Under the pieces are notes generated by a model. It did not search any database, was not told where the DNA came from, and was given only the letters and a program-made list of their open reading frames with translations. Both the position numbers and the translations under genes were made by a program. Below are positions 41,101 through 53,332 of a stretch of DNA of 64,000 bases, one piece after another; within the stretch, counting starts at the first letter, position 1; every line of letters begins with the position of its first letter. Location: the NCBI RefSeq assembly GCF_036321535.1, contig NC_087436.1, forward strand, positions 56,794,001-56,858,000. The letters are read 5' to 3'. This stretch comes from Camelus dromedarius. Lineage: Eukaryota.

Positions 41101-41841
41101 TACGATGTTTACTCTACCCAGACCATTTATTTTCATGAGAATTTGATTCTGTCTTTTTTCAAGCATCATCTTTTGAGACCAGTGAAGAATTATTAGGTGT
41201 TGGAAAACCTGGTCTAAGAAAGCAGATCTTCTTACAGAGGCTGGAGACACAATTGTAAACTGAGACTGATGTAAGGGTCATAAAATCGTAAGCAGTATCT
41301 GAAGAACTGATGCAATTAAAAGAAAGACATCTTAATATAGTATTAAGCATAGAAAAATGAACATAGTTAAATCCTAGAATTCTTTTATAAATGCATTTGG
41401 CATGCCAAATTTTAAACAGTATTCACTAACTGCAATTAATGTTAGTTTCTCCAAATCACCAGGCAGTTTTCCTATTCTACGGTGACATTAAAGTGAAGAA
41501 AACCTGGAAAAATAAAAATGGAACCTTGAATGCAGGCAAAGATGCTTCAGCAATAATTTTCACACAAAGACTAATTCTATGTCGTGTTCTAGTCTGACTG
41601 ATCTCATGTGTTACATACAACGTCATGTAAAATAATGTAACAAGGTAGGAAAAAAACTGAATATGGATGTTCGTCATATTCCACACTCACATTTTAGCAA
41701 CCTCACAAAATTAAAAATGTTTTCCAAATTAAATGTCAAGAAAATCATTTATTTTATCCAAGTGATACTATAAAGTCTTGGATAGCTTGTTACTAGCTTC
41801 AAGGAAACAGAAAACAAGTACAAAGCTAAGTTAAAGGCAAC

Positions 41842-42876
41842 TTTATTACAATACTTTTCCAAACTTCAAAATGCATTTATCATTGAATTTAATCTAATAT
41901 ATAATACATTATATTACAAGACAGAAAGCATTCTGCTCAGATATTTAGCTTGCATGTATTGCCTAAAATGGAGCTTCTCAGGAATAGCAGCAATGCACAA
42001 TAGTTTATATCACTAAGTAAAATATCTCTGATGTTGCATAAAGAATCATTCATACTGCAATTTATTTTATGTTCATTTCCTCTGATTTAGAAACAAAGCA
42101 AAGCTATCTTTTCTATATCTTACTAGTTAATACTTAGAAGTTGTCTATACCCTAAACAAATCCACCAGTTTAGACCTACTTCCTTTGGTAGAAAATAGAA
42201 TTTTTAAAAGTACTTAAACCAAAAGAACACGATATTCCCCATTGCCAGTAGGGACAGAATTCTCTTCTTTCCTTTTTTTAGGAGCCAAATCTAGGCTCCC
42301 TGCTCTCATATAGCCATTCTCAATAGTGTCTGCTTTAAAAAAATACCCAAATCTATAATGAATTCCATTCTAATAAAGTCCTTTCTATTTTATCTTGCCT
42401 CCTCATATTTGTTTATTTAGAACAGTTGACAACCTACTTTGAACATTACGTAATAATGAACTTAAAAGTAACCTTGGGAAATGAAGTAACATAAAGGAAG
42501 TATTTTCCAAAAGAGACAAGGACATTATTTGCTCATCTACCTCTGCTTCAAAAAACCAACCAAAGTCCACTTACAAACAGAGTTCCTTTTCCAAGGTTAC
42601 TATCGTAGTAACAATAAAAAAGATGTAAATCCATTGAACATACCTAGTTCCTTAATTTGCTCTCTTGGTTTAACATTTTTGAGCTACTAACTAGCACAAA
42701 ACATGTTCATCCTCTTTGTTTTCATGACAGCAGGAAATGGTTAGGAAAGTATAGAAAAGGTTCTACTTTTTCTTTCATACAGCAAACTTAATACAGATTT
42801 TGCTATGAAGGTGGAGGAAAAGAAAAAAGTGAATGAAAGGTATGTGCTGACTGCTTGGGGGAGCAAGGCTCAGAAA
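41842..42876 (-). other. PDLIM5: Probable 3' UTR of short PDLIM5 isoforms, with candidate poly(A) signals
   Basis: Minus-strand AATAAA at 42412-42417, 42061-42066 and 41842-41847. The site actually used cannot be determined from sequence. Confidence 0.5.
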
Positions 42877-42970
42877 TCACTGTACGTTAAGAGCACGTGC
42901 TGAAACTTCATGGTGCCAGTCACGTAATTTTGTGTATTTGGGACTAAAGACGTGAAGGGGTATCTTTTCC
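42877..42970 (-). CDS. PDLIM5: PDLIM5 alternative last exon of LIM-less short isoforms (ENH2-4 type), coding part (K)EKIPLHVFSPKYTKLRDWHHEVSARALNVQ*
   Basis: Long U-rich tract, then atttccacag|GGAAAAGATACCC..., in phase with the 37-nt exon. TGA at 42879-42877. Confidence 0.93.
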
Positions 42971-43532
42971 CTGTGGAAATAAAAAAAAAAAAAAAAAAAA
43001 AGAAAAGAAAGAAAGAAAAAGAAAGTGATAGAAGAGTCATAAGAAAGAGAAAGGAAAAGTTTCTACACTTAGATCATCATGCAAAAAACATGCCTTTATA
43101 AAAGCTGAATTTCACAGAGCTGCTTTAACAGCAAAGATTTTAAGGGTAGAGCATTTTCAGAAATACAGAAATTAATCTACAGAACCCTCATGGAAACTTC
43201 AATTTTTATTCCCAAATAAGGAGACTGCAAGACAACACACGAACCCATTCACAGAGACCTGCAGTGTTAGCAAAGCACCCCCAAATATACCCTTCTGCCC
43301 ACTTACTGCAGTACTAAAGAAAAATAAGCCTTAGACACAAAATCCAGACAATATCTACTAATTTAAAAATCTGTAAGTTGTACATATAAGTCCCATAAAA
43401 GGCACCAAAGTTAAGCTTAGTTTCCAGCTGCAAAGACAAAATGCCATACCATTACACCAAAAAGGTGAAAAGAACAAATTGCGACCATTCATGAAAAAAA
43501 GCATTCAATTTACCAAAAAATGGACTACTTAC

Positions 43533-43569
43533 TTTGCCTTCTTTGTATGATCACTTTCAGATTCTTTCA
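43533..43569 (-). CDS. PDLIM5: PDLIM5 37-nt exon (L)KESESDHTKKA(N/K)
   Basis: atatttcag|TGAAAGAATCTGAAAGTGATCATACAAAGAAGGCAAA|gtaagt. Branch-like ACTAAC at 43596-43601. Phase 1 to 2. Confidence 0.95.
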
Positions 43570-43928
43570 CTGAAATATAATAAGCAATATCCAATGTTAG
43601 TTTGCCTTTTTTAACTTTAAAATCACTTAAGCAATTACCTGTTATCAGTTAATACCAAACGGTCAAGTTGCACAGAGCCACTAAAAAGACCCCTATCGTG
43701 TTGTCATTGGCTACAGACTACAGTCAGTACTACAACTACACTACTTCTACACTTTCCGTAATAACCCTCTTGGGCTGGTTTCTCATTTTCAATACCATTA
43801 TGCATGGCATAATTTAAAAGCAGACTGTCTCAGGAAAATTACTATTCTCCAGTAATTGTCCATCACCCTAAATGCTACTCTCTGTGGCAAAGAATATTTA
43901 TCTATTAGAAGCCTAGGTATTCACTTAC

Positions 43929-44101
43929 GATGTTCAGTCCCAGTGATCTGGGCGAGGATTCGGAAAGAGCGAGACTGAGTCGTTCCAGTCCTTGGACGCC
44001 AGTCTTCAGTATCCTCAATCAGTCTCTTCTTGCTGGCATCACTGTGAGTAGGTATGTGGTAAAACTCTGTATAGCGCTCCACAATGTGTTTTCTTGGTGG
44101 G
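43929..44101 (-). CDS. PDLIM5: PDLIM5 173-nt exon (ZASP-like motif region) PPRKHIVERYTEFYHIPTHSDASKKRLIEDTEDWRPRTGTTQSRSFRILAQITGTEH
   Basis: aaccctag|CCCACCAAGA...GAACATC|gtaagt. QSRSFRILAQ is the conserved ALP/Enigma-family motif. Phase 2 to 1. Confidence 0.97.
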
Positions 44102-44382
44102 CTAGGGTTAAGAAGGAAAAAAAAACAGGATTAAAAAAATTTAAATTATGTTAAAGATAAAATACCCTCTTCTGTGTTGTTTATAATTTATACATTTTTC
44201 CCTCAATGTTCCTTTAACATATTTTGCTTTTTCAAGTATCCTCAGCATCAATTTTTCTAAAAAACAAAAAAATCCTTCTAAAATAAAGCAGACTAGGTTT
44301 CTTAACTAGTAAAAAAAAAAAAGAGGTACTTATATGCTAATACAAAATAATAGTATAAGTATCTATTTAACAGAAAGGTTAC

Positions 44383-44400
44383 CGTTTAGGTGGGATTTTC
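44383..44400 (-). CDS. PDLIM5: PDLIM5 18-nt microexon KIPPK(R)
   Basis: aattaaaag|GAAAATCCCACCTAAACG|gtaacc, phase 2 to 2. ORF 44379..44594 ends KIPPKR. Confidence 0.88.
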
Positions 44401-44819
44401 CTTTTAATTGACAGAAGAAGGCCCAGAAGAGAGATTTCCAACATGAAGAAAAGGAAAAGAAAAGAATAAGAAAAGAAGGAAAATAACAAGAAACTGAAAA
44501 GTCCACAGTAATTAAAATCAAACAATTCAAAATTACTTGTATTGTTCATCCTATGGCTAACAAAACAGATATGGATTATATTCATAACCACCATTAAATA
44601 CCCACATGCTGCTAAAATGTGTTGGCTTTCACAAAATTAAATGACCATTTCCTCACTAGGTCCAGGAACCAGGAGTGGTTTAGTACAGGGCAAACCGGCA
44701 GTTCCAATAACAATTTTGAAAAGGGTCAGAACTGTTATTTTCTACGGTTTTCTCATTGATGTGTACAAATATCCCTCATCCTAAATAAAGCTGCGTGAAG
44801 GATCAGCACAGTGAGGAAG

Positions 44820-45620
44820 AGCTGTGGTGTATCAGAAACCAATGAAATATTTATGAAAAGACCAAGATATGAATCTGGGTCTATGACTTTTCAGATATGT
44901 GATTTTTGGACAAGTCAATCTCACTAAGCCTCAGTTTTTTCATTTATAAGACAAGAATATCACATATAAAGTAACACTGTTCTCAGGATTAGATGAAATA
45001 ATGTATGTGAAAGGGATCTGTAAACTACAGAGTTCAAAAACTTTGAGCTTGCTAAGAACACTAAGTTTTCTATTAATAAAGTATAAACATTAAGGAATTC
45101 ACAGTGTACATGACTTTAACACTTTAACCCAAGATCTAGGTAATTTAATAAGTATTCCTTCCCTTCTCAACCCTCTCCCCCAACAAATAGTATAATGCAA
45201 ACTTTTAGAGGCTATGAGTTTAGTTTCAAAAGACAAAAAGGAACCTGAATCTGGACTAGCAGACAACTGGCACAAGACTCTGCTAGAAAATCACAGTGCT
45301 TTCAGGATGCCACGTGACTGCTGTCATTTTAAGAGGGACAGTATCAAAACTGTCTCAATACACTAGAAGAGTTTTTGGCCAGTGAAGAACATGATAGAAT
45401 TAACATTAAGACTGGCTTTGGAGTCAGATAATAGTTCTAAACATACATCCTTCACTCAGTGTGTGTTCTGTGCAAGTCATTTAATTTCTCCAAGCCCCAA
45501 TTTTTCCCATTTGAGAAATGGGGATTCCATCTACCTTAAAAGGTCGTTTTGAGGAATAAATAAGACAGGTTAAAGTATGTAAAGTGCTTTCCACAGTAGC
45601 TAACACAAAGTAATGATCAC
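44820..45620 (+). mobile_element. Two MIR fragments (~44820-45030 and ~45385-45620)
   Basis: Cores GGACAAGTCA...AGCCTCAGTTTTTCATTTATAA and GGCTTTGGAGTCAGA...GCAAGTCATTTAATTTCTC...AAATGGGGAT. Confidence 0.6.
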
Positions 45621-46781
45621 GTAATGTGTTCCTTAACGATTACTAGAAAAATTATTTGCAATGCATGTTCTAAGACTATAGGTCATCTATATATATATAG
45701 AACAGATCAATAGTATTTACATACAATACTAATAATAGTGTTTTAATACCATTTAGTGGTATATTTAATAGCATATTATAATGGTAATTAAAATTATTAT
45801 GATTTATGATAAAATTTTAATATTCTAGAAGTAAAATACCAAAAACACGTTTAACTAATATTAAACAAAACCTCCTAATCTTCTTAAAGTAGACATAATT
45901 TTTAAAAATTATAAAATAATAAATATAGATTATTTCATAAATACACTGTCTTTGGCCATTCCTAAACAGACAACAGTTTATCTTATGCAATTACTTGAAA
46001 AACGTTAAGCTACTAAATTTATTATAATTTTAAATAGTAAGTATTGCTTACTCTTAAAAGGTGCCAATTTAAGGTATAAGACTACTTTATTCTCTACAAA
46101 AGGTTTGAACTATAAAAATACAAAATGAAAAGTTTTATGTCAAGCTAAGACTAAGATTAATAAAATGACACCACTAAAAAATACTTTTTAGCCATGACAC
46201 ACCTGCAAAAAGTATAGTACATCTTAGACTCTTTGTGACATTCACCACAGTTTCAGATTGTGTCAAGCGATAGAAAGTTTCTAAACATCTACTGGTTTTG
46301 AAACTCCAAACTCTGATGACTATGATTAAAGAAAAGAATAATCTCAACAATTTTATTTTTTAAATGTATTTGGGATAGAATATAAATTTAACTATCAAGA
46401 GCAAATAATTTATTTCAAAATATAGACATTCAAAATTAGCAAGTTTATTCAAATTAAAAAAAATACTTAACAAGGGAGGCCCCAACTACATCTTTAACTC
46501 CCGTATATACTGTCCATAGTGCTGATCTATCTTCCTGAAGGTTTAGCTTACTAAGATTTTCCACTGCATAAGTGTGGGTTTTCTAAAATACACACACTAA
46601 TTCATATGAAGTTCTCTGGTGTGAAAAACAAGTTTCCTAGGCTGCTTAACATACTTGAACATTTTATGCAATAAGAAGATACTAACAAAATTTTCTGATG
46701 GTGTTAAGTTGAAAGCCAGATGGAAGGTTACAGAGAGACAATGATGAAAATTAGAAAAGAAATCATTGATTAGATACTTAC

Positions 46782-46796
46782 ACGGTGCCAGGGTTA
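46782..46796 (-). CDS. PDLIM5: PDLIM5 15-nt microexon NPGT(V)
   Basis: ttcctccttcag|TAACCCTGGCACCGT|gtaagt, phase 2 to 2, consensus donor. Confidence 0.88.
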
Positions 46797-49700
46797 CTGA
46801 AGGAGGAATAATACACACACAAAAAGACGTGATAGAGTAGAGAAGACATTGATGTCCCCAGGATGATGGAAAACAAAGATGAGACCAAAAAAATAAAAAA
46901 AGGAGAAGAAAAAGAAAAATGAAATAACAAAATTCAAAACAATGAATTTACATGAAGATGCTACACCAAACATCATGCTTCAAAATAATCACGTAAACAC
47001 AGACAAACAAAAATGAACAAGTGTTAGTCAAAATTCTGTTACACTGTTATTATTTGGACAACAGTTCTCTGGGGTTTTGTTTTTTTTTTGGCTTCCAAAA
47101 TCAACGAAAAATATTTTATATATGAATGCTAGTTCAAGTCTCAAGTTACTAATACCAAGAAATAAAGATCCACTATTTAAAATTTTTCTAGACTTTTATA
47201 AAATTCATTTTAGAGTGAATCTAAATTCCTATTGTGTTCCTAACAAAAGGCAGAGATTAAAATATAAAGTAGACATAAGATGTAAAAACAGATCATTTTA
47301 GAATCACTTTTAAAGTCAGAACAGACTAAGAGAAAATCTTTTAGTCTCACATAATATAAGCAGTATACATTAACAGCAAGTGTAATCCTCTCACATAAAT
47401 TATCCTGAATCATATATTATAAAGGAATGATATGCTATTTGAAAATCTTCTCTTATTTTTTAAAATGTAGTGATTATGATGAAAAATACATGAAGTGGCA
47501 GGTCACAAATAATGGGCTGTTACTCAATTTTCAGACTCTTCCCTATTCATCATTACTACTGCCCTCTTAACAAGGCAGATTTCAGGACGTTCAGAACTGA
47601 TTTGTAGGAATTCCGCAGTTCTGTATGATCAGCAATCTAATCATTGCCCAGAAAGGCATAGCTGATATGATATGGTAAAAGAACTAGGTTAATAACATCT
47701 AAAGAGTGAAAACAGAATTCATTCTCAAAGCCTATTAAGTGTAGAATTGTTAAAAACAAATATACTCACATTCCATTATGGATAGAAGACTCAAGTATAA
47801 GCTCTATACAGTTTCTCAACACAATGCTGAATCAATCTTACTGCAATAAACTTTAGTCACAGTAATAACTGATTATAAACATAGTGAGAAAAACTGTCTA
47901 CCAGTCTGAATACTAAGAAGCCATATTTCCACATGTCAAAGTTAGTTTCAAAACTCAATAGAGGGCTGAGTTTTGCTGAGTTGGGGTGAGACGCAGGATT
48001 AAGTTAATCTCAGTAATTTATGGGTATTTATTCTTCTCTAAGCCATAATGCAAAGCATTTTCTCCTCTGCCTTGTTATTTTAAATAGTAGAGAAATAGTT
48101 TTTCAAAATAACCTCTTCTGACCAGAATACAATTTTAAATATATATTCAGACATTTTAAAGTTTAGGGGAAAAGTTTAATGTCAACAAGAAGTTGAGGAG
48201 GAAATATTCTACAGTGTGGTGGGTGGTAGCCAGCAGAGGGTTGATTGGCTAAAGCCTAAAGATGCCAATTTTAATATGTTGAACAGATACTTTCATGACT
48301 TTTAGAAAATGTGCCCAAGTGGAACATCCCATCATACACCACAGTGGCATATGTGTCATCAGGACAGTCAGATGACATGGTTTTGCACCCTGGCTATGCT
48401 GCCCACTTCCCCTGTGCCCAGACAGGTGCAATCCCCAGAAGCCTCTTTTTCCTCAACAGTGAAATGAATGACAATTGCTGCATCTTTCAGACCTCTTGTA
48501 AGGGCACATGTTTTCAGGCCCTCTGAAAAATACACCAATACAGGTTTGTTGTTAGAACAGATCCTCCAACTGCACAATATAAAAGAAACACTACCAAACC
48601 CAACTATAGTTTATGCACATTATTCACTCATGTAGCCTCAATTCACTCAATTTAGTCTATAACCATTAAAAACAAATACTTATTCAAAGTAACAGAAATA
48701 AGCCTAGGTCACAAACAAGCGACGCAGAGCAAGACACACCAAAATCTGGCTTCAAAAAACCTAGCCTTGAATCTTAGCTCAATCGCAAGCTACATGACTT
48801 GAGAAATTTAAGTAACCTCTCAAGGTTCAAAGTTTAAATGAGAATTCAATCACATAGTGCATTTAAAAACATCTAGCACAATGCATAATAATAATAAAGT
48901 AACGAATCTTTAAAGAATTAAAAAATGTATATGTATTTAACCTAAATGCTTAAATTTATTTTTCCAAGACCCATTTTTCCCCCTTACAAGTCAAACTGTT
49001 AATAAATTGTTAACACTGGAACCTAGTAACTAGCAGAAGTCCCTGTGTGTAAGACTAACTTTAAATAGAAAACAATAAATCAGGGTTTGGGGAATGTTCC
49101 TCTAGTGCATTGGTGTGCAATATTCCTATGTGTCTATAACATGAAACTACTCAATTACTGAGACCACAGCCACACTGGGATAAAGTTGCTCTAATAATTC
49201 AATAGTTAATTCCCTTCAGTGTGTCTAAGATAGATATTCCACATTTCCAATTCTATCTATAGTAATGTAACACAAAATTAAAGTTCTTACCTAATATGAT
49301 TTTAATCTATTTTTAAAGCAAGTAATCACCAGTTTACTGTCAATACCAATAGACACAAAAGCAAGGTTTAAAAGTTATACCACAGTGATTTCCAATGTCT
49401 CTCCCAACTACCTGTGACATTTAACAAGCTAGTAATTATCTCTTAACTAATTTCAAAGGTGTATAGACTTTCTATCTTCCAATGACACACGACTATATAT
49501 TAAAGTTCTAAACCTTTCAACAACATTGTCAAAAAAATCAAAAAAGTTCTCTGAGACTTTACCTGAGAAACAATGAGTTTTAATATAAATTCGGAAATCA
49601 ATTCAGTTTTATATAGACTGTTCACTAGTGGTACGTATATTTATGCTTTCTCTTCTACCTTTGTTTTCTAACAGTCTTGAATGATACAAATTATCCCAAA

Positions 49701-49958
49701 CATTACCTCTTTTAAACCATTACACAGCAAACCCCACATATATTTTATGACAAAAGTTAAACATTACTATTAATTACCATAAAGCAATTCACTACAACAT
49801 AGCAATGCAAACCAAACTTATTGAAAAAACTAAATGTGGTTATTCTAAATTATAGCTGTTTTGCAAAATTTAACTTAATTTTGCAAAAATCAGGCATTCA
49901 TGCTGTTTATTCATTATATAAATCACCATATTTCCTCTCCAGTAATGTGGATACTAAC

Positions 49959-49975
49959 TTTGTCACTTTTGTTTT
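49959..49975 (-). CDS. PDLIM5: PDLIM5 17-nt microexon KTKVT(N)
   Basis: cttttctctttgcag|AAAACAAAAGTGACAAA|gttagt, phase 0 to 2. Matches remembered short-isoform peptide KTQVTNNPGTV. Confidence 0.85.
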
Positions 49976-52913
49976 CTGCAAAGAGAAAAGCATGTAAAAA
50001 CATTACTACCATACCATATTTTGCATATTCCAAGGCCAGATTCTTCAAAATACCACATAGGAACTGTTAGAAGAAACTGCAGTCCAATGAAATTAAAATT
50101 AATGAAGGATACCTGAAAGACTTACCTCTTGAAAGCAGTGGCACATTATAATGCAAGGGCACATGAAAAGGGAAAAGGGAAATCACTTATACTACCTGAT
50201 GCAAAATAGTTTCCCTTCCAGTTTGGAATGTAAAGTTCCATTCTGCTCTGAGTAAGGTAGTAAAGAAAACAGTAAACTAAGACTAGTAATTGGTATATGT
50301 TGAAGAAAAACTAAAAATTTCTTAAAAGTCCCTTGTCTCTTGTTCATTATGATTTATAAGAAGGAACAAGATTGCTAACATAGTATTATTAAGAGATAGT
50401 TTTAAAATATCAACATAATTATTAGATTCCATACTATTAGGATGGATAACTATTTCTCAGATTGATGTATAATTAATAAGTACTTGTTTGTCTTATGTTT
50501 ATTAATCCTATATAAATTTAAGTGGGATGCCTATCAAACTGGCAAACTAGCTAGTTACTTTAAATCACTTAAAGACTAAAAGTCTTTCTGCTTTGAAGAA
50601 ACAGATAACTTACGCATTTAACTTTTTACATCCTCTAAACGCCTAATTTTTGGTTACTGCCATATAATATTTTTAAAATGAAAAGTAATTAATGAAAAGT
50701 AACAATTCTCAACTGTGAAAGAATTCTGTTGCAGATCTTTTGTAACACTATAAAAAATACAGGAAATTTAATAATCACAGAATTAGTAAAAAGTCTGACA
50801 GTGATTTCAGGGAAACAATTTGACACCTGATGGAGGAAATACATTCATCAATATCACAAAACACCTGCTCATCAAAATGGCACATCACTGACTAGTAAAA
50901 TAGTAAATTCTTATTTTGGATCTCTCTGATCTAAATGTGGAAAGAGCATTGCAAATCTGTCTTAGACAGCACATTTTGTTTTCACAGTAAAAGTTTTCAC
51001 TGTGCTCATATCTGGACAACGTTTGAAATTAAGCTGTTCTCAAATGCAATCGGTTTGCAAATACAAAGTAGTTACTTGCTTGTTAATGATGCAAACCATG
51101 TAATAATCTCTCTTCTCCAGAATCTTGAACAGTGCTGGGCACCAGGCATGTGCTCAATGATCACATGTCGACTGATTAAGAAGCCACTGTAAAGGCCCTG
51201 TAACTACACCGCTGTCTACAGCTTCAGCCTGAAAATAATAATCTTTAAATCAAGTTTAATCACCAAAGCTGTATTCATAAAACACAAAATTTAAACTTGG
51301 TATTTTCACCTATTTTCCATGTAGAGTTTTCTGTAACCTCAATTTGCCTTTATCTCTATAATTTTCCATGAAGAAGTCCTTGTTATAAAATTTCAAGAAG
51401 TGTTAGCAAGGAGAAAAGATTTTTAACGCCAACATGTCCTTCAAAGGACTTTCTCCTACTGGACCTGGAACTTCACAAACATGGTAAACTTCTGCTTTTA
51501 GTTTTCCAGGAGGCTAGCCTTTGACAGGTAGCATCCGGCTTTTCAGGATACCTACTTTGATTATTCTAAAATCTACTGTCTTCAAATAGACATACTAAAA
51601 AAATAAAAAACAGAGCCACACACACCTCAACACTACATACTATTTCTCTTCCTCCCATGAAAGGAGAAATAACATTCTTTGAAGGACACTAGTTTTCCTC
51701 AATATATAGAGTACAACTTTAAAAAGCCACCCACAACCACAAAACCACATGTAGGATCCAGTATCTGTCCTTCCAGACCTGCTCCTTGTTCTCAGCAGCC
51801 GCCTGGACCCCTGCCACCTTCTTTTCCAAAGCCCTCAGGTTGCCATGACAGCAGCACTATGAAAGCACAGCCCCTTCATTACATGAATTAACATTCAGAA
51901 GGGATTAGCTCAGAAAGAACCTCTCCACACAATTATTTTAATTATATTTTCCTGGGAACCAGCATTGGTAAAAACAAGCACGCATGTAGATTATTTCCTT
52001 TTGTTTTCCTTTTAAAAAGACACTTTTGTCACAATAAATCTGATCAAAATGATTTTACCAAAATGATTTTGGCTTAAAGTATGGTCACTGAATTCCAAAA
52101 AGAATAAAATGACCATCTATAAATGGAGGCTATTGAAAGCAGACTTCAACCATTTTTTTTAAAACCTATACCACCAAAAGGGGAAAACTATAAGGGATAG
52201 ATTTTCAAAAAGTTCTGCTAACCTTATATATTTAGTATCCATTGCTTTAAACCTATTTATTTTAGAAAAATCTTTACAATGAAAATACTCTCCAATTTGC
52301 TTCTGCTTTTTAAGCATCCCTTAATGTTACTGTCTCTCATTACTGCTTGCTTATAAAGACTAAATTCTAGCATAAGTTTATCTGAAAAGAATACTGTTTA
52401 GCTATCTGACCTAGACTAGTGCATCACACACAGACATGAGTCAAAGCTAATTTGTTTTCTGTCTTAAGACTACTCCCTAGAAAAAAAGCTTCCTACAAAC
52501 TTCTCATTTCCTCTCTCTTTAGCATGAGATACATAAGCGGACGTAACTGCAACCATTCTGTTTAAACCTTTGGTGGCTAATAAAAGGATGGAAAAATTGA
52601 GGAAGAAAGATCCAAGAATTGCTCTGCATTATAAGTGCCAGCTGCTCCTCGCTGTGCCAAGAGTTGGAGAAAACGAGTTACAGAGTAGGTGACAGGGTTC
52701 ATAACATGTCAAAATGCATAATTAGGTTTGGATTAACCTATAATTGCCTTGCAGAAACTGCTATACGTATATAACATAAAGCTACATGCTAATGAAGCAA
52801 ACAAAACTTCATCTCCCTTCCTTCAAAGAACAGCTGATTTGGGGGGAATGTTGCCTGGAAATTGCCTGAAAGAAGAGTTTTGACAAAAGCAGAAAGCACC
52901 CTTGGCCACCTAC

Positions 52914-53332
52914 CCATTTTGCTGTGTACTGTCACCCTGGGATCCTCTTCTCTGTCCCTCTGCTAGCTCCTGAGCAGTCTCGGAACACACGCTGGTGACT
53001 GTGGGCTGCCGTGGGACATTAACTGCAGGTTTACCAGCGCTCAGTGCAGACGAACGCTGGTCAGCACTAAGGTTGGCATTAGCATGCAGTCCAGGTGCAG
53101 CAAATGGGGGAGGAGTGACAGCGGCCACAGGTGAAGGGGAAGCATGTGATGAAGTGGTCACATGGGCTGGGGTGAAGGCGGACGATGGTGATGGGATGGA
53201 TGTGACTTTTGGTGAAGACACAGAACCAAAGGGCCGTGGTGCCTTATTGTAGGCCATGTTGGTTGTGGAAGTGACTTTGGACACAGCAGGAGATGTAATG
53301 GGCACAGGTTTAACTACTTCTTTGGGTTCTCC
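52914..53332 (-). CDS. PDLIM5: PDLIM5 419-nt coding exon GEPKEVVKPVPITSPAVSK...RRGSQGDSTQQN(G); in-frame internal acceptor gives a 92-nt form starting at 53005
   Basis: Boundaries ttacatag|GGAGAACCC and AAAATGG|gtaggt. Covered by ORF 52910..53305. Phase 0 to 2. Internal cggcag|CCCACAGTC lies 327 nt (109 codons) downstream of the first acceptor. Confidence 0.97.

Noticed and set aside
43212..43221. CArG boxes CCAAATAAGG here and at 1116-1125
   Set aside because: Isolated matches of this kind are expected by chance in 64 kb of AT-rich DNA.
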